A DNA stretch of 32,000 nucleotides from Pirellula staleyi DSM 6068 (GCA_000025185.1 CP001848.1:3060001-3092000), one strand, 5' to 3'. Numbered from the stretch's first letter, positions 15,792 to 24,701 are shown. The notes: generated from the letters alone by a model not told the origin. Numbers and translations are program-made.

Positions 15792-17522
15792 TTAAGCGGT
15801 TTTCTCTTCTTCGAGTCCGAGCTGGTCGATCATCGTTTCGCGGATCTTGAACTTCTGAATTTTGCCGGTCACGGTTTGCGGAAAACTGTCGACGAGGCAA
15901 ATGTAACGCGGTGTTTTGTAATGGGCGATGCTGCCGCGACAGTAGGCCCGCACGTCGTCTTCGGTCAACTGCGCGTCGGCTTTGCGTTTGATCCATGCGC
16001 ACAGCTCTTCGCCGAAATGACTATCGGGAACTCCGACCACCGCCACCTGCTCGATGGCCGGATGGGTGAAGAGGAACTCCTCGATTTCGCGTGGGTAGAT
16101 GTTCTCGCCACCACGGATCACCATCTCTTTCAAGCGCCCCGTGATTTTGTAGTGACCGGTCGGGAGCCGCCGGGCGAGATCGCCGGAATGGAGCCATCCC
16201 TCGCGATCGATGGCAGCTGCGGTAGCCTGCGGATTGGCGTAGTAGCCGATCATCACGCCATGGCCGCGCGCCACAAGTTCCCCTTGCTCTCCCTCGGGTA
16301 CATCGAGGTTATCGGGACCGACGATCCGTACTTCAAAGCCCGGAAGAGGCCGCCCGACAGTTTCGACGCGCAGCTCGAGGGGATCGTCGATGCTGGTTTG
16401 CGTGATGACCGGGGAGGCTTCGGTTTGGCCGTAGGCGATGGTCAGCTCGGGGCAATGGAGCGTGGTGGTGACGCGGCGCATCACTTCGATGGGGCAGGGG
16501 CTGCCGGCCATGATTCCCGTACGGAGGGAACTGATATCGCGCGCGGCGAGCGTGGGATCTTCAAGCATCGCAATGAACATTGTCGGGACACCATAGAGCG
16601 CGGTGGCGCGCTCTTGCTCAATCGCCACGAGCGCTTTGGTGGCCTGAAAATGCTCGGCTGGCAGGATCATCGCCGCTCCATGCACCACCGCAGCGAGCGA
16701 ACCGAGGACGCAGCCAAAGCAGTGATAGAACGGCACCGGAATGCAGATCCGATCGGCGGCGGTGAGATGTTGACGATCGCCGATGTAGAGGGCGTTCATC
16801 AGCAGATTGCGGTGCGACAGCATCGCCGCTTTCGGAAAGCCGGTCGTTCCCGAGGTGTATTGAATGTTCACCGCATCCTCGGGCTGTGGCCGAGCCAGGT
16901 GCGGAGCAAGTTCGGCGTCGCTGATATTCTTTCCCGCATCCACCAGCTCTTGCCAGCGGAGCATCCCCGAAGGGACTGCGCCTCGCAGTCCGACCGCCAG
17001 ACGCAGTTTGGGAAAGCGAATCGACTGGATCACTCCATCGGAGTTTTTGCCGAGTTCCGGGCAGACTTCCGCGAACATCTGGTAGTAGTTCGACGTTTTG
17101 AAGGCATCGGAGAGGAAGAGGGCAGCCGCGTCGCTTTGACCGAGGACATACTCGAGCTCGAACGGGCGATAGGCCGGGTTGATCGTCACCAGCACCGCGC
17201 CGATCTCGGCGGTGGCGAGTTGCAGCAGCACCCACTGGGGGATGTTCGTGGCCCAGATCGCGACGTGATCGCCGGTGCGAATGCCACACGCGATCAGCCC
17301 CCGCGTGACCGCGCGAACATCCGCCGCGAGCTCGTGCCAGGTCCAGCGACTGCGTGCGAGGCCATGCGCTGGGTCGAGAAAGACCATGGCATCGCGGTCC
17401 GAGAATTTCGCCGCTGTCTGAGCCAGCACTTGGCCAATGGTTTGACGATCGACGGCAAGTTCGGTGGCGCGATGAAAACAAAGCGAACCGTTCTTGCTCG
17501 GTGGAGAAGAATGAGTGTTCAT
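15792..17522 (-). CDS. AMP-dependent acyl-CoA synthetase/ligase
   Basis: 576 aa. AMP-binding signature YTSGTTGFPKAAMLSHRNL. ..GYGQTE... C-terminal ..GDLARRLPTGHYKITGRLKEMVIRGGENIYPREIEE.. and ..TVTGKIQKF... Confidence 0.9.
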   Translation of the reverse strand: MNTHSSPPSKNGSLCFHRATELAVDRQTIGQVLAQTAAKFSDRDAMVFLDPAHGLARSRWTWHELAADVRAVTRGLIACGIRTGDHVAIWATNIPQWVLLQLATAEIGAVLVTINPAYRPFELEYVLGQSDAAALFLSDAFKTSNYYQMFAEVCPELGKNSDGVIQSIRFPKLRLAVGLRGAVPSGMLRWQELVDAGKNISDAELAPHLARPQPEDAVNIQYTSGTTGFPKAAMLSHRNLLMNALYIGDRQHLTAADRICIPVPFYHCFGCVLGSLAAVVHGAAMILPAEHFQATKALVAIEQERATALYGVPTMFIAMLEDPTLAARDISSLRTGIMAGSPCPIEVMRRVTTTLHCPELTIAYGQTEASPVITQTSIDDPLELRVETVGRPLPGFEVRIVGPDNLDVPEGEQGELVARGHGVMIGYYANPQATAAAIDREGWLHSGDLARRLPTGHYKITGRLKEMVIRGGENIYPREIEEFLFTHPAIEQVAVVGVPDSHFGEELCAWIKRKADAQLTEDDVRAYCRGSIAHYKTPRYICLVDSFPQTVTGKIQKFKIRETMIDQLGLEEEKTA

Positions 17523-17626
17523 CGCAGTCGCCTGTCACCCACAGCCGGACCGGCGGGAGAGGCCGGAGGGTGGTTTCGACACTGAAAGTGGAACTGCGAG
17601 TCCCGGCAAATTCCGCCAGCCGGTTG

Positions 17627-18787
17627 TTAGTCCCACATCGGACGAGCTGTGGCGTAGGCGAGGGGCCCGAAGATCAACAGTGGTAGCCAGGCAGCCATGG
17701 TGGGGCTCAGCAGGTAGTTACTGCCGAGCGAATGGCATGTCATCACCACGATGAAGAACGAGCCGACCAGCAGGAGGCAAATCGCCGCCGCCAAAAAAAT
17801 ATTACGGTTCCCCTTCGTCAAAACCAAGGGAAGGCCGAGAAAAAGAAGGGTCATATCGAGGAGCGGTTGTACCAATCGAGCGTGCAAGGTCACTTTAATG
17901 TCCGCTCCGGGCTGAATCGTACGGGTTTTGAGCCCGGTTACGAGTTCGTAGGTCGAGAGGTATTGTCGCCAGGCATTGCTGGCCGCGAGCTGCTCGAAGG
18001 TGACGACACTCGAGACAAAGCATTCGTCGGGGGCGAGCCAGCGGTGATCGCGCGGGGCGAGAATCGTGGGCTCGTTGTGGAGTGAGACCGACGACAGCTG
18101 AGCGACCGCAAGTGGCTGCGTGACACCCCGCATCAAGTAGCCCGACGGGTGCTCGTCGGTGGCGGGCTGATAGAGGGCCTCGCGGGCCTGAATTGCTCGC
18201 CCCCAGCTGACGAGTTCCACCGGAAGTTGCTCGGTCCGGTCGTCGGGGAGCAGGAAGTTGGGCGCGACAATTTTTTGCTCTTTGGCCACGGTGCTTGCGC
18301 CCGAGATCAGGATGTCGCTGCGCATGTCGAATTTGGGGACAAAGCGCCGCGAGTTCTCGCCGAGCCAGTCTTGGGCGTTGCGTCCGAGTTTAGCGCGCAT
18401 CTGAGGGAGGTTGAATTCGCGATTGGCAGCCCCCAGGAGTGCGACGATTCCTGCTGCAATGAAGACCGACCGCATCGCTCGCGCGGGAGAGATTCCCGCG
18501 GCAGCAAGCGCCGTCAGCTCTTGGGTTCGCTGCAGCCACGTGACGGTGAATATCGCCGCCACCATCGCGAGTAGGCCGATCGTCCGGTCGAAAAAACCGA
18601 GGACGTGGGCACTGTAGTACTCGAAGATCACTCCCAAAATGCCGCCCGCATGCTTCTCGCCATAGTTCGAAAACTCGTCGAGGTTCCCCAGGCAATCGAT
18701 CACGACGAACAGACCCGCCAGGCTGACAAAGCAAATCAGCAGCACGCGGATGAAAATCGTCAGAACGTAGCGATCGATCGTAGTCAT
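17627..18787 (-). CDS. LptF/LptG-family (YjgP/YjgQ) permease
   Basis: The start is taken at the ATG at 18787 (MTTIDRYVLTIFIRVLLICF..), the canonical family N-terminus. ..QELTALAAAGISPARAM.. motif and multiple TM segments. The 99-codon upstream extension in the track looks non-coding. Confidence 0.8.
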   Translation of the reverse strand: MTTIDRYVLTIFIRVLLICFVSLAGLFVVIDCLGNLDEFSNYGEKHAGGILGVIFEYYSAHVLGFFDRTIGLLAMVAAIFTVTWLQRTQELTALAAAGISPARAMRSVFIAAGIVALLGAANREFNLPQMRAKLGRNAQDWLGENSRRFVPKFDMRSDILISGASTVAKEQKIVAPNFLLPDDRTEQLPVELVSWGRAIQAREALYQPATDEHPSGYLMRGVTQPLAVAQLSSVSLHNEPTILAPRDHRWLAPDECFVSSVVTFEQLAASNAWRQYLSTYELVTGLKTRTIQPGADIKVTLHARLVQPLLDMTLLFLGLPLVLTKGNRNIFLAAAICLLLVGSFFIVVMTCHSLGSNYLLSPTMAAWLPLLIFGPLAYATARPMWD

Positions 18788-18930
18788 CGAAAACAGCTTG
18801 GGGGACGACGGCTTGCAAAAACAGGTGACGGGGAAATGTTCGGCTAAGAAACTCGGCAAGGAAGCTTGGCAGGGGTACACTAGGTCGGAACGTCCCTGAG
18901 GGTCAAGACGAACTCGCGCGAGGTGCTGAG

Positions 18931-19695
18931 GTGCTATCACTGCTGGCATCGCGGTTGGTGACAGCCGCCACCGATCTATTGTTTCCACCGACGTGCGCTG
19001 CTTGTCAGGCCGATTTGGCGACGCCTCACGGCGTGCTGCTGTGCAGCAGCTGCGAGGCGACGATCCGCAGCGACACCTTGCCACGCTGCCTGCGCTGCGC
19101 GATGCCGTGCCGAACGATCCTGCAAAGTAGCGTCGGCTGCAGCCATTGCCGCGAGATGAAACTCCCCTTCGCTGCGGCAGCGGTGCTCGGGAATTACGAC
19201 ACCTCGCTCCGCGCAGTGGTGATTCGCGCCAAATATCCGCACGGCGAGCAGCTGGCGCTCGCGGCGGGGCAACTCCTGGCCGATCGCATTCAGGAGCTCG
19301 CTGCGCGAGGCGACAGTCCTTTCGCCACCATCGATGCCGTGGTCCCCGTGCCGATGCACTGGCTCAAACGGATGGTGCGTGGCGCGTCGGCTGCGGAGTC
19401 GATTGCCCGAGGGGTGGCCAGTCGGCTGAATGTTCCACTCCTTTCGAGCGCCGTCGGCTGCACCCGTTTTCTCGCGAAACAAGGTTCGCTCAGTCAGCGA
19501 AAACGGGCCCGCAATGTTCGCTCCGCCTATCGCGCCACTGGCCAGTTCGAACTCACCGGCGCCAGTCTCCTGATCGTCGACGACGTCCTCACCACCCTTT
19601 CCACCACAATCTCTATGGGCAAATCGCTGATCGCCGCCGGAGCGGCACAAACTCTCGTCGCGGGGATCGCTCGTTCCACTTCGATTGTCAGCTGA
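18931..19695 (+). CDS. comF: ComF-family protein (phosphoribosyltransferase-like)
   Basis: N-terminal Cys pairs LLFPPTCAACQ..LLCSSCEA..CLRC..CSHC. C-terminal PRTase loop LLIVDDVLTT. GTG start as in the track; the start is uncertain. Confidence 0.75.
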   Translation: MLSLLASRLVTAATDLLFPPTCAACQADLATPHGVLLCSSCEATIRSDTLPRCLRCAMPCRTILQSSVGCSHCREMKLPFAAAAVLGNYDTSLRAVVIRAKYPHGEQLALAAGQLLADRIQELAARGDSPFATIDAVVPVPMHWLKRMVRGASAAESIARGVASRLNVPLLSSAVGCTRFLAKQGSLSQRKRARNVRSAYRATGQFELTGASLLIVDDVLTTLSTTISMGKSLIAAGAAQTLVAGIARSTSIVS

Positions 19696-19845
19696 GCGAG
19701 TTTTTTGTCCTGCTCACCTCGGCAGAGCCCCCGCTAACCACTCCCGCTATCGCCCCTTTCGGATTACGCTACAAGGCTTGTTCTGCGACTGTCCCGGCTG
19801 CTGGGGCTTCTGATTTTCGTATCGAAAGCGACTAGATCTACCGTC

Positions 19846-20781
19846 ATGAGCGACGCACCGAAACTACGGCTAGGAACCCGCGCCAGTCCTCTCGCCCGTT
19901 GGCAGGCCGATTGGGTCCGCGATCAGCTGATTGCTGCCGGTATCGATGTCGAAATGATCCTCATCACCACCGAAGGGGATCAGCAAACCTCGCAGCCTCT
20001 CGGGCAAATTGGTGGCCAGGGACTCTTCACGAAAGAGATTCAGCGGCGCTTACTCGCTGGCGATATCGATCTCGCCGTCCATAGCCTCAAGGATCTGCCA
20101 ACCCTGCCGATCGACGGTTTGTCGCTCGCCGCTGTTCCCGAGCGTGAAGATACCGCCGACATTTTGATTGGCCCCGCCGGAACCTCGCTCGCCACGCTCC
20201 CCAGCGGCGCAAAAATCGGCACCGGTAGCCTTCGCCGCAAAGCGCAGCTGCTGCATGCCCGCGCCGATCTCGAAATACTCGATATCCGGGGTAACGTCGA
20301 TACCCGCCTCCGCAAACTCGACGAAGGTCAGTACCACGCCATTATTCTCGCCGCGGCGGGGCTCAAACGTCTGAAGCTCGACGACCGCATGACCGAGCGT
20401 CTCGAAGCGCCACTGATGCTTCCCGCTGTCGGGCAGGGGGCTCTTGGAATCGAGTCGCGCAGCGATGATCCCACCACGCGAAAACTCCTCGCCCCACTTT
20501 CCCATGCGCCGACACTGCAGGCTGTGATCGCCGAGCGTTCGCTCCTCGCCGCTCTCCGCGCCGGTTGCCTCGCGCCAGTTGGCGCGCATGCCCAGGTGGT
20601 TGATGGTCAGCTGACGCTCGCTGCGGTCGTGCTCAGCATCGATGGCCAGTCGCGGCTGTTCGCCTCGCTCACCTCCGCCCCCGCCGATGCGGCCCAGCTC
20701 GGAGAAGAAGTCGCCGAGCTGCTGCGCCAGCAAGGAGCCACGGAACTCCTCGCCAGCAGCCGCGGCAATCGCCTCGACTAA
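19846..20781 (+). CDS. hemC: Hydroxymethylbilane synthase (porphobilinogen deaminase)
   Basis: LRLGTRASPLARWQADWV.., ..GGQGLFTKEIQ..LL.GDIDLAVHSLKDLPT.., ..IRGNVDTRLRKL.. are all classic HemC. Confidence 0.95.
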   Translation: MSDAPKLRLGTRASPLARWQADWVRDQLIAAGIDVEMILITTEGDQQTSQPLGQIGGQGLFTKEIQRRLLAGDIDLAVHSLKDLPTLPIDGLSLAAVPEREDTADILIGPAGTSLATLPSGAKIGTGSLRRKAQLLHARADLEILDIRGNVDTRLRKLDEGQYHAIILAAAGLKRLKLDDRMTERLEAPLMLPAVGQGALGIESRSDDPTTRKLLAPLSHAPTLQAVIAERSLLAALRAGCLAPVGAHAQVVDGQLTLAAVVLSIDGQSRLFASLTSAPADAAQLGEEVAELLRQQGATELLASSRGNRLD

Positions 20782-21139
20782 CTGGCCACTCCGTTCTTCC
20801 TCAAGGGTGGCTACTAGCTGGCTTGCCCAGCAGTGAGAGGCTTGTCAAAACTTAAACTGTGTGGAGCTTTGCACAACACAGCTACCCGACCGACACGCCA
20901 ATCAGCTTGCAGGGGTGCCCCTGGCTTGGCCAGGGTAAAACACTCGCTCGGCCAAACTTGCCCATCGGCCTCTTTTGCCACTTCGGATCGGCACTTTCTG
21001 CGTGTTCGACCATTTCTCGCGCCTGCTAGCTCGCGGCGCTTTTCGCACACGTTCGGCCCCCTCGAAAATCATTAAGCCCCACGCTCGCGGAGACTTAATG
21101 CCGCTAGCAGCATGTCGCTAGCAACCCCGGTTTGCACTT

Positions 21140-21155
21140 TGGCCCGCTGTTTGCT
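21140..21155 (+). promoter_or_regulatory. Candidate sigma-54 (-24/-12) promoter for flgF
   Basis: TGGCCCGCTGTTTGCT compared with the consensus TGGCACG-N4-TTGCW. It has the correct GG-N10-GC spacing, and the GC is 55 nt upstream of the flgF ATG. Confidence 0.4.
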
Positions 21156-21208
21156 TCTAGCGATCGGCACGCCTGTGGGGGGCCACCGGCAACTGATGGT
21201 AATTGCAC

Positions 21209-21961
21209 ATGTACTACGGACTCTACATCTCGGCCGCTGGCGCTTACGCCCAGAACCAAAAGGTCGAGATGATCACCAACAACCTTGCGAACGTCGATAC
21301 GTCGGGCTTCAAGAAGGAGCTCGGCATTTTCGAGGCTCGTCAATCCGAAGCGATCGAGCGCGGCTATGAACAGCCAGGCACGCGCGGCGTTAGCGACATT
21401 GGTGGTGGAGTCGAGTTCAAAGAAACCGTCACCGACTTTTCGCTCGGCACGCTCCGAGCCACCAGCTCGCGTACCGATTTTGCCCTCCCTGCGACCGATC
21501 AGTTTTTCGAAATCGAGCGCGATGGCGAAGCCCTCCTCACCCGCAGTGGCAACTTTCATTTCTCGGTCGATGGTGTTCTCCGGACCCAAGATGGCGATGC
21601 GGTGCTCGCTGCTGGCGGAACCCCGTTGACCCTCGATCCTTCGCTCCCTTGGCGCGTACTGCCGGGCGGCCTGATTTCGCAAGGTGGCGACACCGTGCCG
21701 CTGAGCATCAAGCAAGTGAGCAACTTTCGCTCGCTCGAAAAAGTCGGGCTCAACGCCTTTCGTGCCAATGGTGAACTGACCGATGTGCCAGCCGAACTGC
21801 GTGATGTTCGCAGCGGATCGCTCGAACTTTCGACCGTCAATCCGATGCAGGAAATGGTCGAGATGATCGCTTCGTCGCGAGCCTACGAAAACAACATCAA
21901 GATGATTCAGCATCACGACGGAATGACCGGTTCGCTCGTGAGTCGCTTGCTGAAGGCGTAG
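21209..21961 (+). CDS. flgF: Flagellar basal-body rod protein FlgF
   Basis: MYYGLYISAAGAYAQNQKVEMITNNLANVDTSGFKK N-terminus. C-terminal ..LELSTVNPMQEMVEMIASSRAYENNIKMI... The ATG at 21209 is preferred over the TTG at 21203. Confidence 0.85.
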   Translation: MYYGLYISAAGAYAQNQKVEMITNNLANVDTSGFKKELGIFEARQSEAIERGYEQPGTRGVSDIGGGVEFKETVTDFSLGTLRATSSRTDFALPATDQFFEIERDGEALLTRSGNFHFSVDGVLRTQDGDAVLAAGGTPLTLDPSLPWRVLPGGLISQGGDTVPLSIKQVSNFRSLEKVGLNAFRANGELTDVPAELRDVRSGSLELSTVNPMQEMVEMIASSRAYENNIKMIQHHDGMTGSLVSRLLKA

Positions 21962-22047
21962 TCATAAGTAGAGATGGTCGGGTTGCTGGTTGGCGATGGA
22001 TTGCCAAACGTTCGAGAGCTTAACGAGATAAATCAGGGAAGATTGCC

Positions 22048-22848
22048 ATGAGCGTACAAACACTTTACACCGCTGCGACCGGCATGGAATCGCTGCAGAC
22101 GAAGCTCGACGTCATCGCGAACAACCTGGCGAACGTAAACACCACCGGCTTCAAGCGTGGCCGCGCCAACTTCGAAGATCTGTTCTACCGCCAGGAAAAA
22201 CTCCCCGGTTCGCAAGACCAACAGCAGAACCTCACTGCTACTGGCACGGCGATTGGCCTCGGTTCGCGCGTCTCGAGCGTGCAGACCAACTTCAATCAAG
22301 GGGCGTTTCAGGAAACAGGTGGACAGCTCGACGTCGCCATCGAAGGCCAAGGCTTTCTCCGCGTGCAAGACCCCAGCGGCATCACCGTCTACTCGCGAGC
22401 CGGCAACTTGTCGATCAATGCTCAAGGACAACTCGTCATGGGCTCGGCCCAAACGGGCCGTTTGATCGATCCCAACGTCTCGTTTCCTCAAGACACGATG
22501 GCGATCTCGATCACCGCCGATGGTCGCGTGCTGGTCCGTCAGTTTGGTCAGCAAGACCTGCAGCAGATCGCACAGATTCAGCTCGCCACCTTCCCCAATC
22601 CTGAAGGTCTCCTCAAGCTCGGCGAGAACCTCTACTCGCAAACCGATGCGTCGGGACAAGAGATTGTCGACAACCCGGGCAATCAAGGGATCGGTGTCCT
22701 TCGTCAAGGGATGCTCGAAGCTTCGAACGTCGAGCCAGTGCAGGAACTGATCGACCTGATCACCACCCAGCGCAGCTTCGAGCTCAACTCGCAAGCGATC
22801 CAAGCGGGGGATCAGATTTTGCAGCTGATCTCGAATCTCCGCCGGTAA
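22048..22848 (+). CDS. flgG: Flagellar basal-body distal rod protein FlgG
   Basis: MSVQTLYTAATGMESLQTKLDVIANNLANVNTTGFKR.. ..LEASNVEPVQELIDLITTQRSFELNSQAIQ... Confidence 0.9.
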   Translation: MSVQTLYTAATGMESLQTKLDVIANNLANVNTTGFKRGRANFEDLFYRQEKLPGSQDQQQNLTATGTAIGLGSRVSSVQTNFNQGAFQETGGQLDVAIEGQGFLRVQDPSGITVYSRAGNLSINAQGQLVMGSAQTGRLIDPNVSFPQDTMAISITADGRVLVRQFGQQDLQQIAQIQLATFPNPEGLLKLGENLYSQTDASGQEIVDNPGNQGIGVLRQGMLEASNVEPVQELIDLITTQRSFELNSQAIQAGDQILQLISNLRR

Positions 22849-22863
22849 TCTCCGCCGGTAATC
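22834..22863. repeat. 13-bp tandem duplication (AATCTCCGCCGGT x2 plus AATC) spanning the flgG stop codon
   Basis: Read directly from the sequence: aatctccgccggt aatctccgccggt aatc. The TAA at 22846-22848 lies at the junction of the two copies. Confidence 0.9.
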
Positions 22864-22915
22864 GCTCGCTCCTTGGCTTCGAAATCGGTTCCCACACGCA
22901 CGAAATACTAGCCCC

Positions 22916-23902
22916 ATGTTCTTCAACTCCACCGCCTCGAAAAAGACAATCGCGAGCTTCCTGCTCCTCCTGTCGGCTCAGATGTCGGCTCGCGCTACCG
23001 AAGTGGTGCTGCGTGACGATGTGTCGCTCAGCGGCGGCATCGTGCGACTCGCCGATATCGCTGAAGTCCGTGGCTCGAAAGCGGAAGTGGCCGACCTCAG
23101 CAGCGTGCGGCTGCTGCCTGCTCCTCGGGGCGGCGAAGTGCAAGCGATCACCCGTCAGCAGATTCGCGAACTCCTCTCCCTCTCGGGAATCGAAGGGGAT
23201 AGCTACGAAATCAGTGGCGCCGAGATTGTCCAGGTCAAGAGCAGCCTGATCAGCAAGAGCCTGCAGCCTGCCCAAGCGATCTCGCACAGCACTGGCGAAA
23301 CCTCCGCTGCGATCTTCACCGCAGGTGGCAACTTTCCTGGCGAAGGGGCTCACATCCGGACGCGTACCGCCGCTGATATGCGTCGCGATATTCAAACTGG
23401 TGTCGTTTCGCTGCTCGGAAAAGTTCGTCCCGAAGTTCCACGCTGGAATGTCTCGATGACGATCCCTCGCGAGCACGAAGCGAGCCTCGTTTCGGCCGAA
23501 CTGGTGGAAGTGCGTGGCGGAGTGGCCCCCTACATCGGGAAGCAGTCGTTCGAAGTGATCGCCAAGACGAGCCGAGGCAACGAAGTGGTGGGAGTCGAAG
23601 CGGTGGTGCATGCAGTGGCCGAGTTTGCTGCTCCTGCTAGTCCCGCTGCAGAAGCCAAAACCGCCAAACGCGACGCTCGTGGCGAAATTGTCGTGAAGCG
23701 TGGCGAATCGGTTCGTGTCCGAGCCATTGCCGCTGGAGTGACGGTGACCACTTCGGCCAAAGCGATGGCCGATGGGGCGATCGGGGAAGTGATCGAACTG
23801 GAAGTGGATGGTCATCGCAGCCGCGTTTCGGCCCGCGTGGTCGCCCCGCAATTGCTCGAGATTTATGCCGCCGGTCCTCAGGTGGCCACAGCTACGAAAT
23901 AA
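22916..23902 (+). CDS. flgA: Flagellar P-ring assembly chaperone FlgA
   Basis: Signal-like N-terminus. SAF-like ..VRLADIAEVRGS... C-terminal ..VVKRGESVRVRAIAAGVTVTTSAKAMADGAIGEVIELE.. typical of FlgA. At 328 aa it is longer than enteric FlgA. Confidence 0.8.
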   Translation: MFFNSTASKKTIASFLLLLSAQMSARATEVVLRDDVSLSGGIVRLADIAEVRGSKAEVADLSSVRLLPAPRGGEVQAITRQQIRELLSLSGIEGDSYEISGAEIVQVKSSLISKSLQPAQAISHSTGETSAAIFTAGGNFPGEGAHIRTRTAADMRRDIQTGVVSLLGKVRPEVPRWNVSMTIPREHEASLVSAELVEVRGGVAPYIGKQSFEVIAKTSRGNEVVGVEAVVHAVAEFAAPASPAAEAKTAKRDARGEIVVKRGESVRVRAIAAGVTVTTSAKAMADGAIGEVIELEVDGHRSRVSARVVAPQLLEIYAAGPQVATATK

Positions 23903-23972
23903 GTCGCTTCAAATCGAGCGATTGCGACGAGTGGAAATGGATTGCACGCACATGCCAAGGAAGGCTCTTACG

Positions 23973-24701
23973 ATGAACAACCGACGCCAATGGATTGGCC
24001 AGGCACTCGCGCTCGTCGTCGCTACGAGCACCTCGGTGGTGCATGCCGATGACGGCCCGAACTCGAGCCTGTTTAGTGGCCGGATGCAGACCAACCTGCA
24101 GCCCGCGATGCAGCCAGGTATGCCAGCGATGTCGGCTGCTCCTGGTCTCGGTAGCCCTTCGAGCTGGTACGAAACGCCCCTCCCACCGCCGAAAGAAGTG
24201 CGGGTCAACGACATCATCACGATTCGGGTCGATCTCGGTTCGCAAGTCGTTTCGGAGAGCGAATTCCAGAGCCGCAAGAATGCTCAGTACAACCTGCTGC
24301 TGTCGGAATGGATCAAGCTCGATGGCCTCAAGAGTGTGAAGCCAACCGGGATGGCTGATGGCGAACCGCAGATCAACGGCTCGCTGAACCAGCTCAACCG
24401 GGTGACTGGGGAACTCGAGACGACCGAGCAGATCAAGTTCGAAATCGCCGCCACGGTGGCTTCGGTCCTTCCCAACGGAAATTTGGTCGTCGAAGCCCAC
24501 CGGAGTGTGCAGAACAATCACGAGCAGTGGATGCATTCGTTGTCGGGCGTGGTGCGCCGCGAAGATATCGGCCCGGGCAACATTGTGCTGAGCAAAGATA
24601 TGGCCAACCTGCAGATCTCGAAGCGTGAGAACGGACAAGTCCGCGACACTTATCGCCGCGGCTGGGTAAATCGCTGGCTCGATACTTTCAACCCGTTCTA
24701 G
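23973..24701 (+). CDS. flgH: Flagellar L-ring protein FlgH
   Basis: The ATG at 23973 is preceded by AAGGAAGG. ..VNDIITIRVDL.., ..ATVASVLPNGNLVVEAHRSV.., ..MHSLSGVVRREDIGPGNIVLSKDMANLQIS.. match the FlgH pattern. The track ORF start at 23808 overlaps flgA and is unlikely. Confidence 0.85.
   Translation: MNNRRQWIGQALALVVATSTSVVHADDGPNSSLFSGRMQTNLQPAMQPGMPAMSAAPGLGSPSSWYETPLPPPKEVRVNDIITIRVDLGSQVVSESEFQSRKNAQYNLLLSEWIKLDGLKSVKPTGMADGEPQINGSLNQLNRVTGELETTEQIKFEIAATVASVLPNGNLVVEAHRSVQNNHEQWMHSLSGVVRREDIGPGNIVLSKDMANLQISKRENGQVRDTYRRGWVNRWLDTFNPF

Noticed and set aside
15780-17585. 601-aa ORF on the + strand covering the whole acyl-CoA synthetase locus
   Set aside because: It is an antisense mirror ORF. 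The minus-strand product has unmistakable AMP-binding motifs, while this one is Arg/Gly/His/Asp-rich with no motif, signal or RBS. Long stop-free antisense frames are expected in GC-rich DNA with GC-biased third positions.
20833-21075. 80-aa (+) and 78-aa (-) ORFs inside the hemC-flgF spacer
   Set aside because: Their composition is Arg/Ser/Pro/Cys-rich, with no start context and no recognisable fold or motif. I treated the region as regulatory or non-coding instead.
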